From Vicugna vicugna (Eukaryota), in the NCBI GenBank assembly GCA_013265495.1, contig MU057640.1, forward strand, positions 1,807,303 to 1,871,302: DNA of 64,000 bases, given 5' to 3'. Shown in pieces: positions 46,610 through 61,795 of the stretch (positions are counted from its first letter, which is position 1; each line of letters opens with the position of its first letter). The notes beneath the pieces are model-generated. The model saw only the letters and a list, made by a program, of their open reading frames with translations, was not told the origin of the DNA and searched no databases. Made by a program: the position numbers and the translations under genes.

Positions 46610-47502
46610 AAACACACAAGAAAATGTGGTATGTTTATGTACACACACACACAGAGGAATGTTATTCAACCTTAAAAAAGACAGAAATCCTGTCATTTGC
46701 AATAACATGAATGAAATTGAAGGACATTATGCTAAATGACATAAGCCAGACAGAGAACAACAAATACTGTACGGTACCACTTATACGTGGAATCTTAAAA
46801 AAATAAAACAAAAAAGTCAAACTCATAGAACAGGAAAGTGGTTGCTAGCAACTGGGAGGTGGGGGAAACAGGGGAAGGTTCATAAAGGAGTACAAACTTT
46901 CAGTTATAAGAGGAATAAAATTTAGGTGGGGGATGGGCAAAATGGGTAAAAGGGGTCTAAAGGCACAAACTTCCAGTTACACGATAAATAAGTTCTAGGA
47001 ATATAATGTACAGAATGGTGACTATAGTTAATAATGTTGTATTGCACACCTGAAAGATGCTGAGAAACTAAATCTTAAAAGTTCTCATGACAAGAAAAAA
47101 ATCTGCAACTATATATGGTGATAGATGTTAATTAGATTTATTGTGATCATTTTGCAATATATACAAATACTGAACCATTATCTAAAACTAATATACTGTT
47201 ATATCAATTATGCTTCAATAAAAAATTAAAATAAAAAAATTTTAAAGATGATTAAGGTCTGAGGACCTAAAGTATAACATAGTGATGACAACTGATAACA
47301 CTGTATTGTACAAATAAAATTTTCAAAGAGAGTAGAATTTAAATGTTCTCACTAAAAAAAGGTAAATATGTGAGATGATCAAGGTGTTAACTAGATGGGG
47401 GAATCCTTTACAAAGCATATGTATATCAAATTATCACACTGTACAGGTTAAATATCTTATTATTTTATTTGTCAACTGTATTTCAATACAACTTGGAAAA
47501 AA
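46610..47502 (+). mobile_element. L1MA-like 3' end with a second L1MA9-like 3' end (about 46920-47245) inserted in it
   Basis: GAAATCCTGTCATTTGCAATAACATGAATG; two successive ACAAACTT(T/C)CAGTTA 3' UTR motifs; the outer element resumes at about 47246. Confidence 0.8.
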
Positions 47503-48279
47503 ACTGTATGTCTTGGAAATCATTCTATATTTACACATAAAAATCTGGTTTATTCCTTTTTATGGCTGTATAGTATTCCATTGTATGGTCATACCATCAT
47601 TGATTCAACCAGTTACAAATGACAGATATTAGGTCATTTACAGCTTTTGCTGTTACAAACACTGCTATAGCGAAAACTTTGCACATAATTTTTGCTCATT
47701 ACATAATTAAATCTGCAGATTTATTACATTATAATGGTGAATATCAAAGACTAAAACAGTCTAATACAAGTGCAATGGCCATGAAAGAAAGAAAAGACTT
47801 ATCTTCCTTCCTGTCTTAGGACACAAGGTTCTGGCAATTCTACAATTGTTGATCTTCTGTATAATTATAGTTAAACAGGCCTTTAGAAAACTAGAAAACT
47901 TACTATACTGTTAACTTCTAGGACTGCAACTTCCAAATAATGACCATTTATCAAAACATGTTCTCCAAACATAGATCTAAATCCTTTATACAATAGGATG
48001 GTTTATAGATAGCATACTTGGGAGAAGCTTGGATTTGGATCTCATTGCCTCCAGTTCCTTCGTGGGCTGAAGGTCATCAACTATCTCCCTCTCTACTCAA
48101 TTTTCCACCTCTCCTTTTAAATGCAATCAAATCTCAGATCTTTTTTTTTTTTTTTAATAAAACCCAGAAAACAATCCCCATCATGCACAGGTTTTCCAAC
48201 TATATTCTAGAAAGAGTAGAATATATTTTCATAGTATCTATTCAAACTTACATTGATCTAGCTTCTTTAGCCAAAATAC

Positions 48280-49185
48280 CAAAGAAGCTATTTTGTTAAA
48301 GTCACCAATATCCTATTAACTGCCAAATTCAATAAAATTTTTTTCAGACTGTATTGCCTCTGAAGTTTCCTTTGTCGGATTCTTGTCTATCCACTGCTTA
48401 AATATTGGCATTTAGCAGGGTTCTATCCACATCCATTTTCTCCTGCCAACTCAGACTAGCAGTCTTTTTCTTATACTTAATTTAACCAGTTGATGAATTC
48501 TAAATCTTTTAATCATTACCTTAAATAACTTAAATAACTACCAGAGACCCCAAATATATTCACTGTATCCAATTTTAATTAAGTTCCTCATAATATCAAG
48601 ACTGTAGCACAAGAGTCTCCCTACTTCTGATCCTTTCTGCTTATATCTGAGTCTCCTTCACACTGGGGTCAAGTAATCGTTCTAAAATGTAACACTGATC
48701 ATTTCCTTACTTTACTTCAAATATTTTGATGGTCTTCCATCCCCAACCAACACGTTCAGGAAAAAAGATACTTCATAATCCAGCCACTGCTTACCTTTCC
48801 AGCCTTACTGTAGGCCACCTTTCCTCATGTACCCAAATTCCCAGAGATTCCAAATTGTATGCTGTTTCCTGTACACAACACACTTTCTTTATAACTCTAT
48901 GGCTCTTCATCCCTTGTTTGAACTAGCTAATTCCTATTATCCTCCAAATTTTGGTTAAAAAACTACCCCCTTGGAGAATCATCTTTAATCCCTTTGGACT
49001 GAATAAGGTAATATTTGTATGCCTGTAACATTCTGTTTTCACAGCCTTCATCACCGTCTATTAAAAGCATCGGTTGACTTGTTAATCATAGTTAACATAT
49101 AAGCAACTTAAAAGCAGGAAATGGTATTCAGTACAGAACAGGCACACAGTAAGCACAGTAAATGCTACTGAATAAATGAAGCAAG
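48280..49185. mobile_element. L2 LINE 3' fragment
   Basis: Ends in GGCACACAGTAAGCACAGTAAATGCTACTGAATAAATGAA, a typical L2 terminus. Confidence 0.65.
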
Positions 49186-49515
49186 GAAGGATGCCAAGAG
49201 TCACTTTTCATAGCCCTCTCAATTCTATCATTCTTAGACTGTCTTGCATCAATCATAAAAAAATAATCATACCAGGCGTTGAGAGTTGTTTATGAGAAAT
49301 CTAAAACTTTTACATTTACAACTGGTGATAATTGTTTAAAAACTGAACTAATAAGGCTCATCCAGATCCTTCTAAACCAATAATGACATTATATTTCAAT
49401 GCAGTAATTTTACTAGAATGTATCTTAAACTGAAGTCCTTGAACTTGTCTTCATATGTTTAAAAAAAAAAACCTTGATATAAACAGTGGTTACATGTATT
49501 CTTAACTAGAAATCT

Positions 49516-49547
49516 AATTTTAGTATATGTGCTGCTGAAGCGAGCAC
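49516..49547 (-). pseudogene. 3'-truncated U6 snRNA retropseudogene (U6 nt 1-32)
   Basis: Minus strand GTGCTCGCTTCAGCAGCACATATACTAAAATT, one mismatch to the U6 5' end; flanked by TCTTAA(C/T)TAGAAATCTAA repeats. Confidence 0.92.
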
Positions 49548-49835
49548 TCTTAATTAGAAATCTAAAATTAATTTCATATTCTGTTATTTTCATACCCACC
49601 TCTACCTCAGACCAGCCCAGTTTTTAATAATGTTTCTAATATTAACATATGATTATTGCATGAAAAGATTTTTTTAATAATGATTAACTATGAAATTGCT
49701 TTCAAATTCAAAATAAATGAGAATGAGAATAATGTCCAACACATGAAGACCATGGAAAATTAAATGAAGTGGTACTAGGAAAAAAAATCACTATTAGTCA
49801 ATTTAAAACAATTTTCATATGGAAAGACAGACTTA

Positions 49836-49997
<162 letters not shown>

Positions 49998-51656
49998 TTA
50001 TGGGAAAAAAGGTATCTTAAAAGGTCAATGAAAAGTATTAAAACTGGTGCAATACTGACTATAATTAAATATCACTTGTTTGATTTACAAAAAATTCAGT
50101 TTCATCTGTCCTTTCAAAAAATTTTGAAATGACAAAGGTTTACAATCAACAATTTCTGATGCAGGATAAAATATATTCACCTTGAAGGTAATATACAGCA
50201 GAAAATAGTTATACCCATATTATGCTTCAAGAATGTTATTTTCTATAAGCATGGGAAAATGAAGCTCACAGAGCCCGAAAAGGAACTAGAATTGTATTAA
50301 GTATTCACTGACGATATTAGTCTATGTAAACAGAACTTAGTGTTACCCACAGAAGTAAATTTATATTCCCATGTGTAAATTAATTCTCACAAAAAAGTAT
50401 AGATCTGACTAACTACTAACAATAATAACAACAAAAATAGACCTAATGGGATTACTGATAATAAGGAATAGAGGATGGCTAAGATAACTATCCTTTATTT
50501 TTAAAATATGAATTAGACTTTCTTTAATAGTAATTTTCTTTGGTGATTATAAAATAAATATAAAGGAAAAAATTTTCTTTAGGAGATATTAAAAAACTAA
50601 CACCTTGCACAAGTTTATAAATTATAATATGATGACACCCACTATTATAAATTACCTACACTAAACCCTCTCCATAGTATTTAGATGAATGTAGCACCTG
50701 CAATAGTCCTTAAATACTGAAATTGTTTTCTACTCATTAAGCTGTGCTGAAGACCAGCCCAGTCTTAATTTACGCTCCTTCAAAAAATTCTCAAAACATT
50801 AAAAATGCTCTAGATACATAGCAAATAGAAAAAGCTTAGTTCCTATTTAAAATTTAAACCATAATACCAACACTTTATCAGCAGAGATAATTTCAGTGCA
50901 CATACTTGGAAGACATGGACTGCAAGTGTGAAGTATGAATAGAAATAAAGTGTTAAGTTCAGTAATTTCTTTCCCTTTCATATTTTTTTCTCTAGTTGTA
51001 CACTCATCTTTCAGTAGAATGTTTGATGGTTAAACTAAATAAAGGTATATTTTAACCACAGTGGTTACTCAAAGAGTTATTTTCAAGTTTTGTAAAACAT
51101 TATCTATTCCAGAGTAATTCTGGTATGATCTACTTTATTTTGAAAAGAAAATGTACATATAACAGGGGAATAAATTTTTAAGTATATCAATTCACACCCA
51201 CATATTCTACTCAAAAAATAGAGATATTTCTAAAAATCTTACTTAGTAAAATGCTTTTACTAAAAGCATTCTGATTTTGGTGTTTCCATTCTAAAGATAA
51301 AACAAAGCTCTGAAACCAAATATATAGACATATTAAATGTTTATAGTGGTTCAAAATCCAAATATAATGCCAGGTATCTGAACTCCATCTATTTGGGATA
51401 AATGATCTTTTATAAATATTTCATAAGTCTAAACAGGCTCCAAATAAACTCACTATAACATTTACTTTTAGACAATAATATTTTAACACCTTTACAAATC
51501 AACTCCATTATTCCTGGATCTTTCACTAAAGTAGCAGACTTGACTATTTTTTCCTATACAAATTAATTCCTATTCTGTCTTTAATTATTAAATAAGTGTC
51601 TTTTTCTTTCTAATTTCAATTCTAAAATGAAAACTGGAAAAGCATTTTGATGTTCA

Positions 51657-51866
<210 letters not shown>

Positions 51867-52301
51867 TTATCACATCCATCCTTTTGTCTACCTAAGATCA
51901 TAAAATAAATGATAAAAAGAAACCTGAGTTAATATAAATTATTAAGCAATTTTTTAAAATTACTAAGAAAATTTCTTAAAATATACCATTTTAAATTATT
52001 TCTCTCTATATAACTGCTTGAATGTTAAATAATCTTTTCAACTATAAATAGTTTTAAAATAATGTCAACCATTTTCATATAATAGGAAACTGAGATAACG
52101 AATTCAAAGGAAATCCTTCATTGCACCTGCTTTAACAGAAGAATTACAATAATATTTGTTCATCATTAGCTACTTTCATTCCTATTAGCCTTACAGTTTT
52201 GTTCCTGACTGAGAGGATTACAAAAAAAACAGCAAAATAAGCCCATTAAAATTAGTAATTGGTCTATTTATCACTGCACGGTTTATATATAAATAATGTT
52301 A

Positions 52302-52514
<213 letters not shown>

Positions 52515-52604
52515 TCAAAAAAGAAGTCAGTTTAGTTAATTTTAAGAGTCACAACTGGCTACTGAGACCTTTGAAGGCCTATATTCTAAGGATTCAAAAC
52601 ATTT

Positions 52605-53960
52605 CCACATGGAAGTCAGGTTTCTGACTGTGGCAGAAGGGAATTACAAATATGGAAATGAAGAAGAACAGAATAAACCCTACAATCTTGGGATGAAATT
52701 AGAGGTATTAGTATGAACTCATTATTTTTAATATGCATATAAATAGATATAAGAATAGATGTGTGTGTATACGTGTATGTGTGAATGTAAGTGTATACAA
52801 ATATTTTCTATCTTTATTCACTGAAAGGACCTAGAAGCAGTGACATCCTAGTAATAAAATAAAGGTAACTAGAATCCAGACCTTAGTTTATGAGAAACAT
52901 TATTCACTAAAAAGAACCAGAGATCCATAGAGAAAAGGCTAGTTTGGGGCCAGGGCAGGGAACGTCTAAGATGAGCCTGGGACGTATTGTTGTGCCAAAA
53001 AGGAAGAATGTACTTAAAAGAATGATAAGGATAAGTCACAATGACACCAAGGGCAGTCTGATGGATTCCCAATGGCCAAATCAGGGACAGTTTGAGCATC
53101 GAAATAATGATAGTAACATTATAGTTCATTTAGTAAAATAAGAAACCACGAATACACACCTACAAGAAAAGAGAAAGTTCTTTTAGTAAAAAGTCAACTA
53201 ATAAATGTAGAGGGAATGATGTTAATTAAAAAATCACTATTTGGTAACCATCAAATAATAACTCATTCAGGCAAGAAACATAAATAGATATTAAAAACAA
53301 GTAGGCAGAAGTTTGCAGGGTAGGGGGCCTATATATAATCTCAAAGTATCTCCTATGATATACTTATTAACTTATTATTACAAGAGAAAAATGATAACAT
53401 TACAGTAGGGCAGTAGTTCTCAAAGGAGTAGGAGGGGATTCTGCCCCCTAGGAGACATCTGGCAATGTCTGGAGACATTCTGTTTACCACAGTTGGGGTG
53501 GGGGTGTTACTGGACTCTAGTGGGTAGAGGTCAGAGATAATGCTAAATATCCTACAATGCACAGGACAAAGCCACCCCAGCCCTATTGCTTAACAAAGAA
53601 CTATCCAGCCCCATAGGTTAACTTTGCAGAGTTTAGAAAATATTGTAGGCACCACCCTTAGTCAACAGATTAAAGTTAACACCAACAATGAAAGGATAAA
53701 CCCACATCTTGTGATTCCTGATATGACGCGCTGGGAAGAACACATCACTTTTGTAATATTCCTACCAAAAAAGCAGAGCCTGTGCCTAATAAAGAAGAAA
53801 CATCAGACAAACTCAAGTTGAAGGATTATCTACAAAATAACTGGCTGTACCCATCAAAAATATCAATACTGTGCAAGACAAATACTGAGGAACTGCTCCA
53901 GATTAAAGAAGGCTAAAAAGAACAAATGTACAATCAGGGATTTTTGATTGCCAATGAGAA
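52605..53960 (+). mobile_element. L1MC-like 3' region fragment
   Basis: AAAAGAACCAGAGATCCATAGAGAAAAGGCT, GAAGAACACATCACTTTTGTAATATTCCTACCAAAAA, GAGGAACTGCTCCAGATTAAAG. Confidence 0.7.
53411..53640 (+). mobile_element. MER20 hAT MITE nested in L1
   Basis: GGCAATGTCTGGAGACATT...CTAGTGGGTAGAGGTCAGAGATAATGCTAAATATCCTACAATGCACAGGACA. Confidence 0.85.
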
Positions 53961-54060
53961 AATAATAACATAAATCTTAATTCAATCTGACGTATAACCA
54001 AAAAAAGGTTTTGATGAATGTTAAGGAACTGTAAGTTATAGGCATATTGGAGTGACTTAC

Positions 54061-54093
54061 ATGTCTGGGAGAAGAAGAATCTGGTTGAACACT
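54061..54093 (-). CDS. PCNX1: PCNX1 33-nt exon (SVQPDSSSPRH)
   Basis: TAG acceptor, GTAAGT donor, phase 0-0; completes the pecanex motif SLLKSVQPD..SP.HGHN. Confidence 0.95.
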
Positions 54094-55836
54094 CTAAAAA
54101 TGAAACAGAAAGATAGATTATACTACTGAAGACCTGGTAATTTTACATTAACCTCCAAAATACTTGAAATAATTTCAAGTAAATATTCCTCCCATAGCTA
54201 ACAAATGACCTACATTAATTCCACTGAAACATCAACAGAAGATGAAACATCAGCTCCAGAACTGCTGTCTCTGATTTTACAACATTTCAAATCTTCCCTA
54301 CCTCTTAAACTTATTATGGTTAATTAATAATTTGCATCTAGCTTTATGTTTCTGAAATGGCATACAGCTGACAGATCCATCTTAGTGCCTAGCCCATTAC
54401 AACATGTAAGTACAGTTAAGGTAGAATGCTTTCTTAGGGTAACACTCCATCACAAAATATGGTTAGCTTATAAGAAGAATTCTAGTTGTGCTCACAAATT
54501 CCAAGCTTACTGAACAGTTCAGTGGTATTTGAATTAAATATATCATCTGCATTTTCATATCGAACTCATCAAATAAGTTAAGCTGTATCCTTGTAAGAGA
54601 ATTTATCAATGTTGCATAGAAACGTTCAAAAGATATGCAGCTACCTCCCAAATCATGATTTTTCTTCCAAGCTACGGTTCATTTCCCACAGCATACCAAA
54701 CAATTTCACTAGGTTGGTCTATCACCATCCTACAATTCTACATTGGACTAAGCTCACTGAGTTTGGCATGTGACCCTTGGCTGGATATGAGACTAGGTAA
54801 TCTTTAAACTCTTTCAATTTGAACATCTATCCTCTAAAAGCTCTGTTCTCACCTTTCTCATTTCTGTTTATGACATTACTATTCTTCTAGTCAACTAGAT
54901 TTTAAAAATCTAAAACATCTGAAAGTTTCAGTCATCTTTTGCCTTTTCCATATCTAACCAGGTTAAGCAGTGGATAAAATCAACAGGACAAGGGACATTA
55001 GAACTAGGCAATGAATTTAAATGTTTTAAGTCAATAAAGGGATGGATTCAGGTGATTTGAAATGAAAAGCAAGAACAAAGGCCAGAAATTTTAACACAGA
55101 ATCACCAAATGTAATAAGAGCGACTTATTGTTATCAGGAAGAGAGCAGAGGCTCCAAGATTGGAGTTAGTATACTACTATCAAAGCAAAGAAACTGGGAA
55201 AGGAAAACATCAGAAGATGATGACGTGCCATTTTCAGAATGTGCCCAGCTGCCTGTTAAATATACAGGACAAATGCTTCTGAGAAAGGTGAAGCCTGTGA
55301 GATATAAATCTGGACATAATTCATATACACGGGCAACAAAGTAATAAAAGAGGATGACTCCACTGACAAGGAACTGCAAACCGAGAAGAGGGCCAAATAA
55401 AACCTGGAGAATTTGCATAAATTAAGAAGTGGTCAAAAGAAGAAAGAATCATCAATAAAGGAAAATAAAGTCATTTTAAAAGTAGGATAATCATGAGGGT
55501 AGTATTAAGTCACAAATTAATAAGGAGAATATAACAATGGAAGAAAGTATTCACAGGTATTTAAATGATGCAGCACTTAGAGAAAGAAGACTAAAAACAG
55601 AACAGAGGTTAGGCAATTAGAGATTATTAGCCCACAGAGACTATAATTTTTGGTACTACAATGAGGAAAAAAGTATGGATGGGTCCTGAAGAAATGGAGC
55701 AGTTGACACAGGTGGCTTACACCATGTCTACAAACAGAAAAAAAAAAAAAAAAAGAAAGGACAGCTGATGGTATAAACAAAACTAAAGAAACAGTTTTCA
55801 TGGGAGAGGGCTCTGTATGAAGCTAGACAAATAGTA

Positions 55837-56000
55837 GGGGAGGGTATAGCTCAGTGGCAGAGTGCGTGCTTAGTATGTATGAGGTCTTGGGTTCAATCCC
55901 CAGTACCTCCATTAAAAAATAATTAACTTAAAATAAATAAATACATAAATAAATAAACCTAATTACCTCCCCTCCTCAATCAAAACAAAAAAATCAGGGG
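55837..56000 (+). mobile_element. tRNA-derived SINE (Vic-1 type)
   Basis: GGGGAGGGTATAGCTCAGTGGCAGAGTGCGTGCTTAG...GGTTCAATCCCCAGTACCTCCATT with (AAAT)n and CCTAATTACCTCCCC; degenerate TSD at 55820-55834 and 56001-56015. Confidence 0.9.
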
Positions 56001-56568
56001 AAACTAAATAAATAGCTTTAAGAATAGGAGAGGGTTCTGCATGTTAGTATATATCAGGCAAATAATCCATACGAGCAAGAAAGGAAACAGTCCATGTCAC
56101 TAGCCTAAGCTAATTTCACAAGGAAGGTGAAAATTTTGGTATCTGATTCTCCCACTTATGGAAAGCTTAAACTTGATAACATTTGCTATTTTAGAGTCAC
56201 TACGTAAACAAAAGCAGAGCGGCATCAACCTTCTGCTTTGTGTATCCTAAAAGAACGTATGTGCTAGTTTTGACATTACTGTACCCAGCAATGACGAAGT
56301 TTAATAAATTTCACCTACATAATAGAAGTCTTAAGATATGAGAGTGGGGGAGTTAATATTGATAAATTAAACAGAAATGAATCTAAAAAATTCAAATTCT
56401 TACTTTTAACAAATGGCCAAATATTTTCTTTTAATGTAAAAAAAACTTGTATGAAGCTTCATTTACATACCATTATTTTTTAAAGTTTACATGTCCCTTT
56501 TTTCCCTAACCAACATAATATACATCCAAGGAAAACAAATCCAAAAATTACTATCTTAGTATAATTCA

Positions 56569-56892
<324 letters not shown>

Positions 56893-58139
56893 CTATTACA
56901 CTTGCTAAGATTTTTTTTTTTGGTGCTGAGTTTGAAGAAGGTTTTGGATCATACTGGAAAAGTATGTTTCAGTTTATGTGGAAAACTAGCACAAATTCTT
57001 ATGTGCAAATAAACCATGCTATAGTGGATTGTGAGGTTCTAATTATAATGCACAATATAGTTTTAATTCCTATTTTATAACATTACTCTTCTTAGCATCT
57101 ACTTTTCTGTCAAATTTGTTGCCAAATAACTAAACCACTTGGATGGCAAATAAAGGAGATATACTAAAATACAAGTTTGAAAAACAAAATCTCAAAACAG
57201 CTTCTAGACAATTAAATTGAAAAGTTATTTATATGACAAAGTTTGTAACCAAATTTTGATAACAAGTGGTTTCATTTCTCCCATCTCTAAATCTGAGATA
57301 ATCTGAAAATTTATTAAGATTACTTCAGTACAAGCTCTTACATATACTGAGAATGAAAGCAGTGATAAAGACCATCAGTGCTACCTCTATCAATGTTGCT
57401 GAGACAATTCTACATTTTACTAAACTGACACTGCAAAAGAAGCAATATGATGCCCAAGACACTACACATGGTAATGAAGGTGATTTTTATATGTCAAACT
57501 GAAAATAAGGATCTGTCTCATTACTTCTTGGGGAAATTTTATCCGCAAAATATTAAATATGCACTAAAAGTCTTGGTTTTAAAGAATGTTTACTGACACA
57601 GGAACATGCTCAGTGCATCTGCCACACAAAAAAAGCAGGACAGAAAACTGCACAGAAGACATAAGTTCCATTATTGAAAAAACATACACATAAAGGTTTA
57701 AAAGCACAATCTATCAATACACACTACTAATACTGGTTCTCTCTGGATGGAAGGATTATGGCTGGTCTTCTACCTTAAAATCTTTCTAAATATTTACCCC
57801 CAGAATGGGTAAAGAATTACTTTTATAATCACAAAAAGGGTTTTATTTATTTTTTACTAAGTCAATGCCCTATTTACAATCATCAAGTGACCTAAAAAAT
57901 AGAATCCACGAACATCTCTGTACTGTTTCATTTGATAGTTCTCCCAGATTAAAACAAGTTCAATAGTATTTTCAAATCAATAACCACTAGTATTTTCATT
58001 TGTTCCTCCACAGCAGCTGCAGAATTCCAGATCTGCTGATCCAACGATCCCCATCAGTCCTGCTACATTATATTCTGTCCATGTCACTCGTCACAGAACA
58101 TGTGCTCTCCCTTTAGCTTTTGTGTACATTTTAACTTTG

Positions 58140-61100
58140 ATGAATCCCATGAATCCCAACTTGTTCTTTCACTGATCTTGTTTTTGATGTCACATATGAG
58201 CAGTTTAGCCTACCCCAAGGTCACAAAATTATTATCCTATTCTGCTTTTTTCTGAACTTTATGTTTTTGATTTTACATTTAGGCGTATGATCCATTTTGA
58301 GTTAGTTTTTGTAATAAGGTACAAGGTAAGGATACAAGTTCTCTCTCTCTCTCTCTCTCTTTTTTTTTTTTGGCATAAGGAAATCCAATGGTTCCAGCAC
58401 TATCTGTTGAAAAGCCTATTCTTTCTCTACTTCACTGACTTGGAATATTATTTTGACATTGTCTAGGCCTGGAGTTTTCCTTATGGGAAGGTGTTTAACT
58501 ACAATGCCCATTTATTTAATAGATATAGGGCCATTAAGGTAATGTATTTCTTTTAGAATGAACTTTGATAATTTCTATCTTTCAAGAAATTTGTCCACTG
58601 TCAAATTTATTTACGTATAGCTGTTCATAATATTTTATTATCTATTTAATACCTGGAGAATCTGCAGTGATATCCTATCTCACATTCCTGGATATTGGTT
58701 ATTTGTAAGCTTTTTCTTTCTTTTTTTTTTTTCCTGATCAGCTTGGTTAAAGGCTTACTAATTTAATTGAGCTTTTGGTTTCCTTGATTTTTCCCTGTTG
58801 TTTTCTGTTTCCTCGTTGATTTCTGCTTTGTGATTTACTATTTCCTTTCTTCTGCTTACTTAAGCTTAACGTGTTCTTTTTCTAGCTCCCTAAAGGTGGA
58901 AATGAAGTCAGTGAATTGCCATTTCTTCTTATTTAGTGTTATAAATTCTCCCAAGTACTGTGTTAGTGGTATCACAGAAATTCTAAGTTGTGTTTACTTT
59001 TCAGTTCAAAACATTTCTAATTTCCCTCTTTATTTCTTCTTTGATCTATGAATTATTCAAAAGTATTGAGCTTCCAAATATTTAGGGATTTTCCAAGGTT
59101 TGTTACTGATTTATAATTAACTCCACTGTGGTCAGAGAACACACTATGTATGACTCTCATCCTTCTAAACTTGAACCTTGTATTATGGCCCAGAAACATG
59201 GTCTACCTTGGTAAATGTTCCGTGTGCACTTAAAAGAACGTGTATTCTGTTGTCAAGAGTGGAGTATTTCATAAATGTCCACCAACTTAGATTGGCTGAT
59301 GGTATTGTTCAAGCCTACTATATCCTTGCTGATTTTCTACCTGTTCTATCAATTGTTGAGAAAGGTCTGTTAATTCAACTATAAAGCATTGTTTTAGATG
59401 TAGAAACATTTAGGATGGTTAAATTCTATCGATTAATTGACCCCCTTGTCATCATAAAGTGACCTTCTTTTACCTTGGTAACTCTTTGCTCTGAAATCTA
59501 CTCTGTCTGACATTAATTCAGCCACTCCAGCTTTACTTTAATTAGTGTTAGCATGGTATTCCTTTTTCAATCTTTTTATTTTTAACCGATTTCTGTCCTT
59601 ATGTATAAAAGTGCATTTCTTGTAAGCAGCAGACTTACGTCTTGGTTTTTTTCTAATTAACAGTTTCTGATCTTTCCCAACTATCATCTTGTCATTTATC
59701 TTCTATCAGTCTGTTTTTGATCTTTTTCCTTTTTCTGCCTTCTTTTAGATTAAGAGAGTAATTTTTATGAATCTATTTTATCTTTTTAAAAAAAGTTACT
59801 AACTGTAACTCTTCCGCTAATTTAGTGGTTGCTTTAGGGTTTACAGTATACATTTTATGAGAGTCTACTTCATGTGACGTAATACCACTTCACATACAGC
59901 ATAAAAAACTTAATAGCACACACTTTTTTATGTCCCTTCCTGGTCTTTATGCTGTTGTTTCCATGAATTCTACTTTTACTTATGTTATAAATCACATGAT
60001 ACATCATTATTATTTTTGTTTAAGCATCCAGTTATCTCTTAGAGATTTACCAGTAAGAAAAAAATCTTACATATTTATCCATGTTACTTACCATTTTGAG
60101 TGACCTTTGTTCCTTTGTGTGGCTCCCTATTTCATTTGGTATTACTATCCTTCTGTCTGAAAAGATACCCTGTAACATATTTTGTACTGTGAATCTGCTT
60201 GAAAAAAATTCTTTCAGTTTTCCCTAATCTGAAAACATCTTTATTTCATCTTGGTTTTTAAAAGATATTTTTACTTGGTATAGAATTCGAGATTGACAGT
60301 TTCTTTCTCCTTTCAATACTTTATAAACGTTGCTCCATTATCTTCTCACTTGCATTATTTCCAACAATAAATCTGGTTTCTTCCTTATAGTTGTTCCTCT
60401 GCACAAACTATGTCTTTTTTTCTCCTGTGGTTTTTAAGACTATTGTGACTGGTTTTGAGCAATTACGTGCCTTGGTGTAGTTTTTCTCATGTTTCTTGTG
60501 CTCAAGGCTCATGGAGATTCTTCAATGTGTACGGTTATGGTTTTCATCAAATTTGGAAAGTTTTCCATCACAATTTCCTCACAGTTTTTTCTCTCTCCCT
60601 GTCTCCTGAAGTAGTCTCATGGCTTACTTTCATTTTGTTTATATGCTCTTTTTGGGGGGATAGGAGTCGGGGAATGGCTCTGTTTTCTTTGTTTCTTTTT
60701 GCATAGTTTCTATTGCATGCTTTCAAGTTCACTAATATTTCCTTCTGTAATGTTTATGCTTCTTCTGTAATGTCTAATCTACCGTTAATCCCATCCACTC
60801 TATTTTTCATCTCAGACATTTCAGCATTCACCACTAAGGCTGACTTGGGTCTTTTTTTTTTCCCCCCTAATATCTTTTGTGTCTCTACTTAACTTTTATT
60901 AACATGTAAAGTGCAGTTATAACTGTTTTAATGTCTTTGACTGCTAATTCTGGTATCTGTGACCATTACAGCTTGGTTTTGGTTGATTCATTATTTCCCT
61001 CTTTATAAACTATGTTTTGTTGCTTCTTGTATGCTTGGTAATCTTTGACTGGATGGCAGACATTGTGAATCGTAACTTTTTATGTGCTAAGAATTTCTGG

Positions 61101-61795
61101 ATTTCTAAAAATCTTCTTGAGCTTTGTCATGGTACTTGGAAACAATCTGATTCTTGCATGTCTTGCCTTTACGACTTGCTAGGTGGTTCTGGAGCAGTGC
61201 TCATGCTGAGGCTAATTACTCTCGACTTTGAAAGCAACACTTTGCAGTACTCTGCAAAATGCAGCACAAAATAGGAATCATGAGCTTCTTTAATCTGGCA
61301 AGTGGAGACAGGCACCACTCCCAGACCTGTGTGCCAGGCACCATTTCCCTATTTCTTTAACATAATTCTTAACCTGGTTTTAGCTATGTTCCTCGTACAT
61401 TCTCTTATCAATATTCTGCTGAACAGCTGAGGACACTCAATACAAATCTGAGGTTCTCCCCAAGCAGCAATCCTCTCTATGATGTCCTGTCCTATAGACT
61501 CTAGCTGCTCTGGTCTCCCGGGAGTCTTCACTCCATCTCCTCAACTCAGGAAAGCTGCAGGAGTCCACTTCAATACTTCCTTCCTATGTCACAGCCTGGA
61601 AACTATAAAAGCAGCAAGCTGGGCAACAGCAGGGATCACATAATCTGCTTCCCATCCCTCAGGGATCACCATCCTTTGCTGTCTGATCACCAGTGTCTTG
61701 AAAACCACTGCTTCATGCATTTTATCTGTTTTTTGCTGTTTCAGGTAGGAGAGTAAACTCAGGTCTTGTTACTCCGTGTCCACTGAAAGCGGCAT
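58140..61795 (-). mobile_element. Long ancient L1 (5' UTR, ORF1 and partial ORF2 remnants)
   Basis: T-rich antisense L1 motifs (CCACTGTGGTCAGAGAAC, GTAAATGTTCCGTGTGCACTT, GATCCATTTTGAGTTAGTTTTTGTA); the end near 61790 resembles the starts of the L1s at 15603 and 39575. Confidence 0.8.

Noticed and set aside
49516..49547. Functional U6 snRNA gene
   Set aside because: Only the first 32 nt of U6, no ACAGAGA box, flanked by a TSD
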